From NCBI GenBank assembly GCA_963422645.2, contig CAXXVO010000015.1:128001-192000 (forward strand): a DNA stretch of 64,000 nt, given 5' to 3'. Made by a program: the position numbers and the translations under genes. Below, piece after piece: positions 10,420 to 19,340 of the stretch. The notes beneath the pieces were generated by a model. The model made no database searches. It was not told the DNA's origin and worked only from the letters and a program-made list of their open reading frames with translations. The stretch's first letter is position 1, and every line of letters starts with the position of its first letter. Source of the DNA: Alphaproteobacteria bacterium. Lineage in GTDB: Bacteria; Pseudomonadota; Alphaproteobacteria; UBA828.

Positions 10420-10568
10420 TCAGAGCGTTTCCGTTTCGCATGGAAACGCTCTGATTCTCTGTCGCTCACGGCAGCCGGCCTTCGGCCGGCGCCTGCGCGG
10501 GCGCGCCGCATTCGCGGCGGGCCGCGGTCGCGGCCTGTCGCGCGTCCGTCAAGGACGGACGCGCTCTA
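10420..10568. repeat. Multi-hairpin intergenic palindromic element (RIME/MITE-like)
   Basis: Hairpins CAGAGCGTTTCC...GGAAACGCTCTG and GCGTCCGTC...GACGGACGC; related copy in the opposite orientation at 12865-13001. Confidence 0.7.
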
Positions 10569-12209
10569 TAGCCCGGCGGCGCGCTCCCTGAGCACGTACT
10601 TCTGGACCTTGCCCGTGGAGGTCTTGGGCAGCGCGCCGAACACCACGGTCTTCGGGCACTTGTAGTGGGCGAGCTCGCCCCGGCAGAAATCGATCAGCGC
10701 CGCCTCGTCCGTGCTGGCGCCATCCTTCAACGTGACGAAGGCGCAGGGCGTCTCACCCCAGGTCTCGTCGGGCCGCGCCACCACGGCGGCCTCCAGCACA
10801 GCGGGATGGCGGTAGAGCGCGCCTTCGACCTCGATGGTGGAGATGTTCTCGCCGCCCGAGATGATGATGTCCTTGGCCCTGTCCCTGAGTTCGATATAGC
10901 CGTCGGCGTGGACAACGCCGAGATCGCCGGTGTGGAACCAGCCGCCGGCGAAGGCCTCCGCCGTCGCCTGCGGATTGTCCAGGTAACCCTTCATCACCGT
11001 ATTCCCGCGCATGAAGACCTCGCCCATGGTCTTGCCGTCCGCCGGCACCGGCTCGAGCGCCTTGGGGTCGGCCACCATGAGCCCGTCAAGGGTGGCGTAG
11101 GGCATGCCCTGGCGTGCCTTGAGCGCGGCCTGCTCGTCGAGCGGCAGCGCGTTCCACTCGTCGTGCCACGCGCACACGGTGGCCGGGCCGTAGACCTCGG
11201 TGAGCCCGTAGACGTGGGTGACGTGGAAGCCGGCTGCCTCTATCCGTGCGATAACGGCAGCGGGCGGCGGGGCGGCGGCGGTCATGATCTCGACGCGATG
11301 ATCGAAGGCGATGCGCTCATCCTCCCTCGCGTTGTTGAGCAGGTTGAGGACGATGGGCGCCCCGCAGAAGTGCGTGACCCTGTGCGCCGCGATCGCCTGA
11401 AAGATTGCCCCCGCCTCGACCCTGCGCAGGCACACGTGGGTGCCGCCGTAGGCGCTGATCGCCCAGGTGAAGCACCAGCCGTTGCAGTGGAACATGGGAA
11501 GCGTCCAAAGATAGACCGGGGCATGAGGCATGGCCCAGGTGACGCCGTCGCCGAGGCAATTCAGGTAGGCTCCCCGGTGGTGATAGACGACACCCTTGGG
11601 ATTGCCGGTGGTGCCGGAGGTGTAGTTGAGCGAAATCGCGTCCCACTCGTCCTCGGGCCAGGGCCAGTCATAGTCGGGATCGCCCTCTGCCAGCAGCGCC
11701 TCGTATTCGATCTCGCCGATCAGGTCGCCGCCTTCCTCGGGCGTGTCGTCGATATCGATGACCACTGGCGCCGCGGCTGCCCGGGAAAGGGCGTCCGCGA
11801 TCACCGGCGAGAACGAGCGGTCGGTGAGCAGCACCGTGACGTTGGCATGGTCCAGAATGAACGCGAGGGAGGCGGCATCGAGCCGATAATTCAGGGCGCT
11901 GAGCACGGCGCCGCACATGGGAACGCCGTGGTGCGCCTCCAACATCGCCGGCGTGTTGGGGGACATGATCGCAACCGTGTCTCCCTTGCCGACGCCGCGC
12001 TTGGCCAGCGCCGAGGCGAGGCGCCGGCTGCGCGCGTAGAACTCGGCGTAGCTCGCACGCCGGGTGCCGTGAATCCATGCCGTCCGCTCGGGGAACACTG
12101 CCGCGGCGCGGCGCAGGAAGGAGAGCGGGGTCAAGGGAACGTAGTTTGCATCGTTGCGCTCGAGCCCGGCCTCGTACGGGCTCTTGTCGGTGCGCTTCCC
12201 GCCCATCAT
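10566..12209 (-). CDS. Acyl-CoA synthetase (AMP-forming)
   Basis: YTSGTTGNPKG, YGLTE, FHTGD, LPKTSTGK. Confidence 0.93.
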   Translation of the reverse strand: MMGGKRTDKSPYEAGLERNDANYVPLTPLSFLRRAAAVFPERTAWIHGTRRASYAEFYARSRRLASALAKRGVGKGDTVAIMSPNTPAMLEAHHGVPMCGAVLSALNYRLDAASLAFILDHANVTVLLTDRSFSPVIADALSRAAAAPVVIDIDDTPEEGGDLIGEIEYEALLAEGDPDYDWPWPEDEWDAISLNYTSGTTGNPKGVVYHHRGAYLNCLGDGVTWAMPHAPVYLWTLPMFHCNGWCFTWAISAYGGTHVCLRRVEAGAIFQAIAAHRVTHFCGAPIVLNLLNNAREDERIAFDHRVEIMTAAAPPPAAVIARIEAAGFHVTHVYGLTEVYGPATVCAWHDEWNALPLDEQAALKARQGMPYATLDGLMVADPKALEPVPADGKTMGEVFMRGNTVMKGYLDNPQATAEAFAGGWFHTGDLGVVHADGYIELRDRAKDIIISGGENISTIEVEGALYRHPAVLEAAVVARPDETWGETPCAFVTLKDGASTDEAALIDFCRGELAHYKCPKTVVFGALPKTSTGKVQKYVLRERAAGL

Positions 12210-12310
12210 GATCTCCCCATCGCCGAAACGGCGCGCGATTCTGGTCGCGCGCTACCGCGATTGCAAAGGGCGAATGCAACCGGACCGGCAACCGCGAGCG
12301 GGGAGGCGGG

Positions 12311-12829
12311 GTGCGGCGGCTCTACTTGATGCGCCACGGCAAGGCCCAGGCCGGCATGCCGGCCGGCGGCGGCGACCTCGAGCGCGCGCTCGTCGGCAGG
12401 GGCCGGAAAGAAAGCCAATGGATGGGCGCCTTCTGCCGCGATCAGGCCCAGCCGCCGACGCTGATCCTCTGCTCGCCCTCGCGGCGTACTGTGGAGACCT
12501 GCGACTCGTTCTGCGAAGGATTTGGCGAGAGCCTGCCGCGCCGTGTGGTCGACGGCATCTACATGGGCAGCCCGTCGGCTCTGCTCTACGCGGTGGCCGA
12601 GTCCGGCGGCAGTGAGGACGGCGTCCTTCTCATCGGCCACAATCCCGGCATTCACGCGCTGGCCCTCGCGCTCGGCGGACGCGGACACGGACCCGCCTAC
12701 GCGCAACTCTCTTCGAGATTTCCGACGGCGGCTCTCGCCGTATTCGAGACCGACATCGACGACTGGGCCGCGCTCAGAGCCGGGAGCGCGCGACTCGTCG
12801 CCTTCAAGATCGCAAAGGAAATGCGCTGA
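12311..12829 (+). CDS. sixA: SixA-family histidine phosphatase
   Basis: LMRHGKA, CSPSRRT, LIGHNPG. Confidence 0.85.
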   Translation: MRRLYLMRHGKAQAGMPAGGGDLERALVGRGRKESQWMGAFCRDQAQPPTLILCSPSRRTVETCDSFCEGFGESLPRRVVDGIYMGSPSALLYAVAESGGSEDGVLLIGHNPGIHALALALGGRGHGPAYAQLSSRFPTAALAVFETDIDDWAALRAGSARLVAFKIAKEMR

Positions 12830-12864
12830 GCCTCCACCCCCTCGGCGCCAGGCCTGTTCCCGAG

Positions 12865-13001
12865 TCAGAGTGCGTCCGTATTTGACGGACGCACGACAGG
12901 CCGCGACCGCAGCCCGCCGCTAATGCGGCGCGCCCGCGCAGGCTCCGGGTCGCGCCGCAAGGCGCGCGGAATCCAATAAGAGCCGGCTGCCGTGAGCGAC
13001 A
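12865..13001. repeat. Second copy of the palindromic element, between convergent genes (may act as terminator)
   Basis: Reverse-complement similarity to 10459-10568, with a different central hairpin. Confidence 0.7.
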
Positions 13002-13010
13002 AATTTTCAG

Positions 13011-14048
13011 TTAGTGCACTCGCTGGGTGCAGAAATCGACCACGTCGAGCAGGGCGTCCTTCGCCTCGGACGCGGGGAAGAGGCCGAGCGCATCACGGGC
13101 CATGGCGCTGTAGTGGCGCGCTCGCTCCACCGAATCGGAAATCGCGTCATGGCGGGTGAGTAGGGCCATCGCGTGCGCGAAGTCGCCGTCTTCCTGCTGC
13201 TCTTCCTCCATGGTCCGCCGCCAGAAGGCGCGCTCCTCGTCGTCGCCCCGACGAAACGCCAGCACCACGGGCAGCGTGATCTTGCCGTCACGGAAGTCGT
13301 CGCCCACCGACTTGCCGAGCACCGCTTCGCGGGCGCCGTAGTCGAGGGCGTCGTCGACCAGCTGATAGGCGATGCCGAGGTTGAGCCCGAAGCTTCTGAG
13401 CACCTCCTCCTCGGCGGCGGAGCGCTCCGCCACCACCGCGCCGAGCTGACAGGCGGCCGCGAAGAGCGCCGCAGTCTTCGCGGTCACCACCTTGAGATAG
13501 GCGGCCTCGCTGGTCTCGGTGTCGTTGGAGGTGGTGAGCTGCATCACCTCGCCTTCGGCGAGCGTCGCGGCGGTATCAGCCAGAATGCCGAGCACGCGGA
13601 GCGAGCCGTCGGCGACTGAAATCTGGAACGCGCGGCTGAACAGGAAGTCGCCCACCAGCACGCTCGGCTTGTTGCCCCAGACCGCGTTGGCGGTCGCCGT
13701 GCCCCGCCTGAGCGCGCTGTCGTCGACGACATCGTCGTGAAGCAGCGTCGCCGTGTGTATGAACTCGACGCAGGCGGCGAGGTCGATGTGACGCTTGCCG
13801 GTGTAGCCGCAGAGCCTGGCGGAGCCGAGGGTCATCATCGGCCGGAGACGCTTTCCGCCCGCCGCAACGATATGCGCGGCGAGCTGCGAAATAAGCATCA
13901 CCGAGCTTTGCATGTTGTCCAGAATGACGCCATTGACGGCGCGCAAGTCGTCTGCGACCAGACCGTGAAGTGGGTCCAGCGAGGCCCCGGAGGCCGCCTT
14001 GCGCCGTGCAGCAGCCCGCCCTTCGAGCGGAACGACCGTATTCGACAT
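13011..14048 (-). CDS. ispB: Polyprenyl (octa/decaprenyl)-diphosphate synthase
   Basis: GGKRLRP, LLHDDVVD, YQLVDDALD. Confidence 0.9.
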   Translation of the reverse strand: MSNTVVPLEGRAAARRKAASGASLDPLHGLVADDLRAVNGVILDNMQSSVMLISQLAAHIVAAGGKRLRPMMTLGSARLCGYTGKRHIDLAACVEFIHTATLLHDDVVDDSALRRGTATANAVWGNKPSVLVGDFLFSRAFQISVADGSLRVLGILADTAATLAEGEVMQLTTSNDTETSEAAYLKVVTAKTAALFAAACQLGAVVAERSAAEEEVLRSFGLNLGIAYQLVDDALDYGAREAVLGKSVGDDFRDGKITLPVVLAFRRGDDEERAFWRRTMEEEQQEDGDFAHAMALLTRHDAISDSVERARHYSAMARDALGLFPASEAKDALLDVVDFCTQRVH

Positions 14049-14153
14049 AGACCCTCTCGCTTGACGGCGCGCTCGCGCAAGGGCATCCATGCGCAACTGC
14101 GTTGCCCTTAACCTAACAGCTAGCGCGCGGTTGGACACGGGAGTCAGGACAGA

Positions 14154-14366
14154 ATGATCGAGCTCCTGCGCACGAACGACCTGGTGCAGCTCTCGTTCCT
14201 CGACGCCGTGCTGAGAGACGCCGGAATCGAGCCCATCGTGCTCGATCAGCACATGAGTGTGCTGGAGGGGAGCGCCGGCGCGATCCCGAGACGCCTCATG
14301 GTCGCCGACGAGGACGCCGATACGGCACGACGCATCTTGAAAGAGGTCGACGCCCTCGATGACTGA
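14154..14366 (+). CDS. DUF2007-type small protein
   Basis: ELLRTND...DQHMSVLEGS pattern; usual position between ispB and the methyltransferase. Confidence 0.75.
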   Translation: MIELLRTNDLVQLSFLDAVLRDAGIEPIVLDQHMSVLEGSAGAIPRRLMVADEDADTARRILKEVDALDD

Positions 14367-15150
14367 GACCGAGTCCGCGCGGGTCACCAGCGATACGCTG
14401 CTCGGTGGCCGGGTCGCGCTGCAGCAGCCGGCGGCGGGCTACCGAGTCGCGATCGATCCGGTCCTGCTCGCGGCCGCAGTGCCGGCCTCGGACGGTGAGC
14501 GCGCGCTCGATGTCGGCTGCGGCGTCGGCGCCGGAGCCCTCTGTCTCGCGAGCCGTGTGACTGACCTGCACGTCACGGGGCTCGAGGTGGACCGCGCCTT
14601 CGCGCAGCTCGCCAAGGATAACGCCGCGCTCAACGGGCTGGAGGAACGGCTCGACGTCTGGGTCGGTGATTTCGAGCGGCCGCCGCCCAAGTTATCCCCG
14701 AAAGGCTTCGACCACGTGTTCGCGAATCCGCCCTTTTTCGAGCAGGGCGCGAATCAGCCGCCAGCCTTCCGCGGCCGCGCGCAGGCGACGGTGGAAGGCG
14801 CGGCCGGGCTCGACACCTGGCTCGAGTTTTGTGCTCGGATGGTCCGCCCGGGGGGCACCATCACGATTATCCATCGGCCGGAGCGACTGGCCCAGATTCT
14901 GGGCGGACTTTCTCCGGCGCGGCCCGGCGCCATCGTCGTCTATCCGCTGTGGTCGCATAATCCCTTCAGCGGCGCGCGCACCAGGAAGACCGCGAATCGC
15001 ATCATCGTGCAGGCGACGGCCGAGCACGGCGGACCTTTGCAGATCGCGGCCGGCATGATCCTGCACGATGACGACGGCAGCTTCTCCCACGCAGCAGATC
15101 GTGTCTTGCGCGGGGGCGCCGCACTGACCCTGCTGGAGGAAGAGTCCTGA
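14359..15150 (+). CDS. tRNA1(Val) A37 N6-methyltransferase-like protein
   Basis: QPAAGYR, LDVGCGVG, ANPPF. Confidence 0.82.
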   Translation: MTETESARVTSDTLLGGRVALQQPAAGYRVAIDPVLLAAAVPASDGERALDVGCGVGAGALCLASRVTDLHVTGLEVDRAFAQLAKDNAALNGLEERLDVWVGDFERPPPKLSPKGFDHVFANPPFFEQGANQPPAFRGRAQATVEGAAGLDTWLEFCARMVRPGGTITIIHRPERLAQILGGLSPARPGAIVVYPLWSHNPFSGARTRKTANRIIVQATAEHGGPLQIAAGMILHDDDGSFSHAADRVLRGGAALTLLEEES

Positions 15151-16004
15151 TGAGGCGGCTGCTGATGCGCCTGACGTTTCGGCGCCCGCCGCCAGTCGTC
15201 TCGGTCGTGCGGCTATCGGGCGTGATCGGACGGGCCGGCATGTTCGGCGGCCGCATCAACATGGAGGCCGTCGCCCCCGTGCTGCAGCGGGCCTTCCGCC
15301 AGCCGGGGCTGAAGGCCGTGGCGCTCGAGATCAATTCGCCGGGAGGCTCCGCGGCGCAGTCGGCGCTGATCCACAACCGGATTCGCGCCCTTGCGATGGA
15401 ACGCGACGTGCCGGTGATGGCCTTCGTGGAGGATGTCGCAGCATCGGGCGGATACTGGCTGGCTGCGGCGGCCGACGAGATCTTCGTGGACGACAACTCC
15501 ATTCTCGGCAGCATCGGCGTCATTTTCTCGGGCTTCGGATTCCATGAAGCCATCGAGAAGCTCGGCGTCGAGCGGCGGCTCTACACCGCCGGCGAGAAGA
15601 AGTCGCTGCTCGACCCCTTCCTGGCCGTGCAGCCGGACGATCTCGATCGCCTGCGCCGGGTGCAGGGGGACATTCACGACAACTTCAAGGAGCTGGTCCG
15701 CGCGCGGCGCGGCGCGCGCCTCGCCGAGAGCAATCCCGACCTCTTCAGCGGAGAGTTCTGGCTGGGCCGCAAGGCGATCGGGTTGGGGCTCGCCGACGGC
15801 ATCGGCGATATCCGAAGCGTGCTGCGCGAGCGCTACGGCCGGAAGGTGGTCATCCGCAAGATCGGCCGCCCGCGCGGGTGGCTGGCGCGGCGCCTGCGGC
15901 CGGGCCTCCTTCTCGGAGGCGACGGCGAGGAGGCCGGCTCGCTCGCCGGCGAGCTGATCGGCGCCATCGAAGCCCGTCTCTGGTGGTCCCGCTACGGGCT
16001 CTGA
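15150..16004 (+). CDS. S49-family peptidase
   Basis: INSPGGS, AASGGYW, GSIGV. Confidence 0.9.
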   Translation: MRRLLMRLTFRRPPPVVSVVRLSGVIGRAGMFGGRINMEAVAPVLQRAFRQPGLKAVALEINSPGGSAAQSALIHNRIRALAMERDVPVMAFVEDVAASGGYWLAAAADEIFVDDNSILGSIGVIFSGFGFHEAIEKLGVERRLYTAGEKKSLLDPFLAVQPDDLDRLRRVQGDIHDNFKELVRARRGARLAESNPDLFSGEFWLGRKAIGLGLADGIGDIRSVLRERYGRKVVIRKIGRPRGWLARRLRPGLLLGGDGEEAGSLAGELIGAIEARLWWSRYGL

Positions 16005-16044
16005 GCAGCCTGAAACGCCGCGTTCCGGACCTGCGCGCGGCCCC

Positions 16045-16755
16045 TTAGAAGCGCTCCAGCCAGAGATCCAGAAAGCGATCGAGCCAGCGGTGCACCGCCG
16101 GGTCGTAGCGCAGGGAGTCGGAGCGCTGACGATCGGCGGACGGAACCTCGGGCCGCAGGAAATATTTCTGGGCCTTCGAGTTGTTGAGCCAGCGCTCATG
16201 GGTCACCGGCGTCATCTCCGGGTGAAACTGGACTCCGAACGCCCGCTCACCGTGACTGAACGCCTGATTCTCGAAGATGCCCCCCCGCGCCAGCAGCTCC
16301 GCTCCCGGCGGCAGGTCGAAGCCCTCCCGGTGCCAGTGATAGACGTGGAAGGGTGACGGGAAGAGCGCGCAATCCGGCTTCGCAGGCCGAAGCGGCTGAT
16401 AGCCGACCTCGCAGAGACCGTCCGGATGGGGATAGACGCGTCCGCCGAGGGCGCGGGCCATGATCTGGGCGCCGAGACAGATGCCGAGCAGGGGCGCATC
16501 GGCCGCAAGCTGTGCGGCGATCCAATCGGTCTCTTCCCGAAGGAAGGGAAGGTCGTCGACATCGCTCGCGCTCATCGGCCCGCCGAACACAACGGCCGCA
16601 TCGTAGCCGTGCAATCGAGCGCCGTTCATGGGCGGCAAGGCCGCACCACCGGCCGCGAAGCAGACTTCGGTCTCGCAGCCCCGCGCATGCAGCGCCTCGC
16701 GCACCTTGCCGGGATTGGCACGCTCTGAATGTGTGACCAGGACGATGCGCGTCAC
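16045..16755 (-). CDS. Class I glutamine amidotransferase-like protein
   Basis: GGPMS, GICLGAQ, QFHPE; GTG start preceded by AAGGAG. Confidence 0.85.
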   Translation of the reverse strand: MTRIVLVTHSERANPGKVREALHARGCETEVCFAAGGAALPPMNGARLHGYDAAVVFGGPMSASDVDDLPFLREETDWIAAQLAADAPLLGICLGAQIMARALGGRVYPHPDGLCEVGYQPLRPAKPDCALFPSPFHVYHWHREGFDLPPGAELLARGGIFENQAFSHGERAFGVQFHPEMTPVTHERWLNNSKAQKYFLRPEVPSADRQRSDSLRYDPAVHRWLDRFLDLWLERF

Positions 16756-16909
16756 GGTGCTCGTGTTCTCCTTCGCCAACGGTCGATGAGGTTGCCCCTT
16801 CGCAGCGGCTGTTTGCCCTATCGCGGCGCGGTCGGCAAGCGTGCGGGCGTTGGCGGGTGTGTTGGCGGGTGTGGTCCCGTGCCCTGCGCCGTGACACCAT
16901 GGCCCAGCC

Positions 16910-17992
16910 ATGAGCGAGAGCACCGTCCCCGTCGTCGACATCGCGCCCTTTCTGGGCGGCGGCGATGGGCAGAAGGCGGCGGTGGCGCAGGCGGTCGACC
17001 GGGCCTGCCGCCGCATCGGCTTCCTGATCGTTGCCGGCCACGGCGTCCCATCCGCCGTCATCGACGATGCCCTCGCGGCGACCTGGGCCTTCTTCGACCT
17101 GGGCGACGCCGAGAAGCGCCAATGGATGTCGCCCAAGGGCGATTTTCGCCGGGGCTACCTGCCCGTGGGCGGCAATGCGCTGGCCTACACGCTAGACCGA
17201 GAGTCGCCGCCGGACCTGATCGAGGCCTTCACCTTCGGGCGCTTCGATCTGCCGCAGACCCCCTACTTCGCCGCGCACCGCGAGACCTGGTTCGAGCCCA
17301 ACATCTGGCCCACCCGGCCGCCCGGCTTTCGGGAACGCCTCTGCACCTACTACCGCGCGATGGAGCGCTTGGCCGAGACCTTGATGCGCATCTTCGCGCT
17401 GGCGCTCGACATGCCCGAGCACTTCTTCACCGACAAGATCGACCGCCACATCACCGCCATGCGCCTCAACCACTATGCCGAGGCGAGCCGCCCTCCCCTG
17501 CCGGGCCAGCTGCGCGCGGGCGCGCATAGCGACTACGGCAGCCTCACGATCCTCCTTGCGACCGATGCCGCCGGCGGCCTGCAAGTGCGCGGCGGTGACG
17601 GAACCTGGTGCGATGTCGCCCCCGTGCCCGGTACCTTCATCGTCAATCTCGGCGACCTCATGGCACAGTGGACCAACGACCGCTGGGTCTCGACGCTGCA
17701 CCGCGTGGTCAACCCGCCGGCGGCTCGCCGCGCGGGCAGCCGGCGCGCTTCCATCGCCTTCTTCCACCAGCCGAACCACGACGCCCTGATCGAGTGTCTG
17801 CCCACCTGCCGGCACCCCGACGATCCGCCCCGCTACGCGCCGACGACCTCCGGCGCGCACCTGCTGCCAAGACCGCGAAGGAGACCGGGGCGACCGCACG
17901 CTGAGCACCCGATGCCGCGTCCGCGCCGTGCACGCGGCGAACAAGGTGAGAATTTGCGAGACTACGTGAGACTCAATGAGATTCGGGGCTAG
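16910..17992 (+). CDS. Isopenicillin N synthase-family 2OG-Fe(II) oxygenase; native end probably 17904 (1-nt indel near 17866)
   Basis: PVVDI, HSDYGSLTIL, STLHRV, RASIAFF; an alternative frame gives ...AKTAKETGATAR*. Confidence 0.85.
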   Translation: MSESTVPVVDIAPFLGGGDGQKAAVAQAVDRACRRIGFLIVAGHGVPSAVIDDALAATWAFFDLGDAEKRQWMSPKGDFRRGYLPVGGNALAYTLDRESPPDLIEAFTFGRFDLPQTPYFAAHRETWFEPNIWPTRPPGFRERLCTYYRAMERLAETLMRIFALALDMPEHFFTDKIDRHITAMRLNHYAEASRPPLPGQLRAGAHSDYGSLTILLATDAAGGLQVRGGDGTWCDVAPVPGTFIVNLGDLMAQWTNDRWVSTLHRVVNPPAARRAGSRRASIAFFHQPNHDALIECLPTCRHPDDPPRYAPTTSGAHLLPRPRRRPGRPHAEHPMPRPRRARGEQGENLRDYVRLNEIRG

Positions 17993-18243
17993 ATCAAGGA
18001 GGGTGCGAAGGCCAGGAACGCCGCCATTGTCAGCGCCAACAGTATCCAGAGAGCCCATCCCATGACCGATGCCGCGGCGCGTACCCCGTCGGCAGCGCCT
18101 GCCGTGGGTCGTTGCCTGCGACGGGTCGGCGCGTGGACCGCTAGCTCGTTCCCGGAGCGTTGCGCGGGCGCGAGCTCGGCGGAATCGGATCGCGTTGCAT
18201 CGGTGGGATCGGGGGATTGTGCGCCGGAGGTGTGAACGGCCAT
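17989..18243 (-). CDS. Small hypothetical protein with C-terminal hydrophobic helix
   Basis: GAGGA upstream of the ATG; TM-like segment WALWILLALTMAAFLAF. Confidence 0.4.
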   Translation of the reverse strand: MAVHTSGAQSPDPTDATRSDSAELAPAQRSGNELAVHAPTRRRQRPTAGAADGVRAAASVMGWALWILLALTMAAFLAFAPSLI

Positions 18244-18547
18244 GATCCGAAGTCCTCGCGTTTCGCTTCGAGAACACCTCGAAGGGCATCTCCTGAGGAC
18301 TCACGTAATCGGCATAGCCATTACGACAAATATCGAATGTTCATCGATTCCATAAGAAACTCATATGAAGCGCCGAACACCAGGTGAAGCCGATCGCCCG
18401 GTCGCGGGCAGCGACGCAACGGATCGCTCCTCACGACTGGTAAAGTCGGGAGCGGCACACCAGATCGGTGTATAGGAGCGGCATGAAGACGATGCGAAGG
18501 CTTGGGTTGCGTCGGCGCCAGTCTAGGATGGGCCGGATGGACCGGGC

Positions 18548-19171
18548 ATGAGCTCCGGGCGCGGGCCCTGGAGCCGCCTCCGCACGGAGGCCGGATGGCA
18601 CCGGCAGGGGCCATCGCCCCAATTCCCACGACCGCCGCGTCCGCCGGCGACCGGCAAGCTCCTCCGCAGGCTTCGCCACGCCGCCGTCTGGTTCGCGCTC
18701 ACCGGCATTCTGGCGATCGGCTACAGCTATCGCTTCGAGCTCACGGACCTCGTGAACCGGCTGGGCGGGGAGATCGTCCCCTACGCGGCGGTGACCACCG
18801 AGGACGGCGCCGTGCGCGTCCGCGCCCATCGCGACGGCCACTTCTACATCGACTCCCGAGTCAACGGCGCCGACGTCAGATTCCTGATCGATACCGGCGC
18901 GACCATCGTGGCCCTCAGCCCGGAAGACGCCGAGCGCATCGGCTTCGACCCGGCGCAGCTGAGCTTCTCCCAGCGGCTGCACACCGCCGGCGGCATCGTG
19001 CGCGCCGCGCCGGTCGTGATCCGCTCGCTCGAGCTCGGCGACATCCGCCTGAGCAATGTGCGGGCCGTGGTCAACAGCGAGCGCCTGCCCCACTCGCTGC
19101 TCGGCATCAGCGCGCTGGAGCGCTTGAGCGGCTACGAGGTCCGCGACGGCACGCTGACACTGAGGCCTTAA
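18548..19171 (+). CDS. Membrane-anchored clan AA (retropepsin-like) aspartic protease
   Basis: TM helix, DGHFY, FLIDTGAT, SLLGIS. Confidence 0.88.
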   Translation: MSSGRGPWSRLRTEAGWHRQGPSPQFPRPPRPPATGKLLRRLRHAAVWFALTGILAIGYSYRFELTDLVNRLGGEIVPYAAVTTEDGAVRVRAHRDGHFYIDSRVNGADVRFLIDTGATIVALSPEDAERIGFDPAQLSFSQRLHTAGGIVRAAPVVIRSLELGDIRLSNVRAVVNSERLPHSLLGISALERLSGYEVRDGTLTLRP

Positions 19172-19340
19172 CCCCCCTACTCCCCCCAGACCTCGGCGAG
19201 GAAGCGCAGCCAGTTCTCGCCCATGACCTTGCGGATGCGGCCCTCGGTCCAGCCGGCACGCTCCATGGCTTGGGTGAGGTTGGGGAGCTGCCCGATGGTC
19301 TCCACGCCCTTCGGGTTGGACATCGGGGTGAACTTTACGA

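Noticed and set aside
16848-16872. 12-bp tandem repeat GTTGGCGGGTGT x2
   Set aside because: Only two units; no evidence of function
17860-17992. Arg/Pro-rich C-terminal extension on the 2OG oxygenase
   Set aside because: Best explained by a 1-nt indel (mutation or sequencing error), not a new domain
18330-18366. LysR-type T-N11-A dyad (ATAAGAAACTCATAT) in an AT-rich intergenic stretch
   Set aside because: Motif too degenerate and no LysR gene adjacent; cannot be supported
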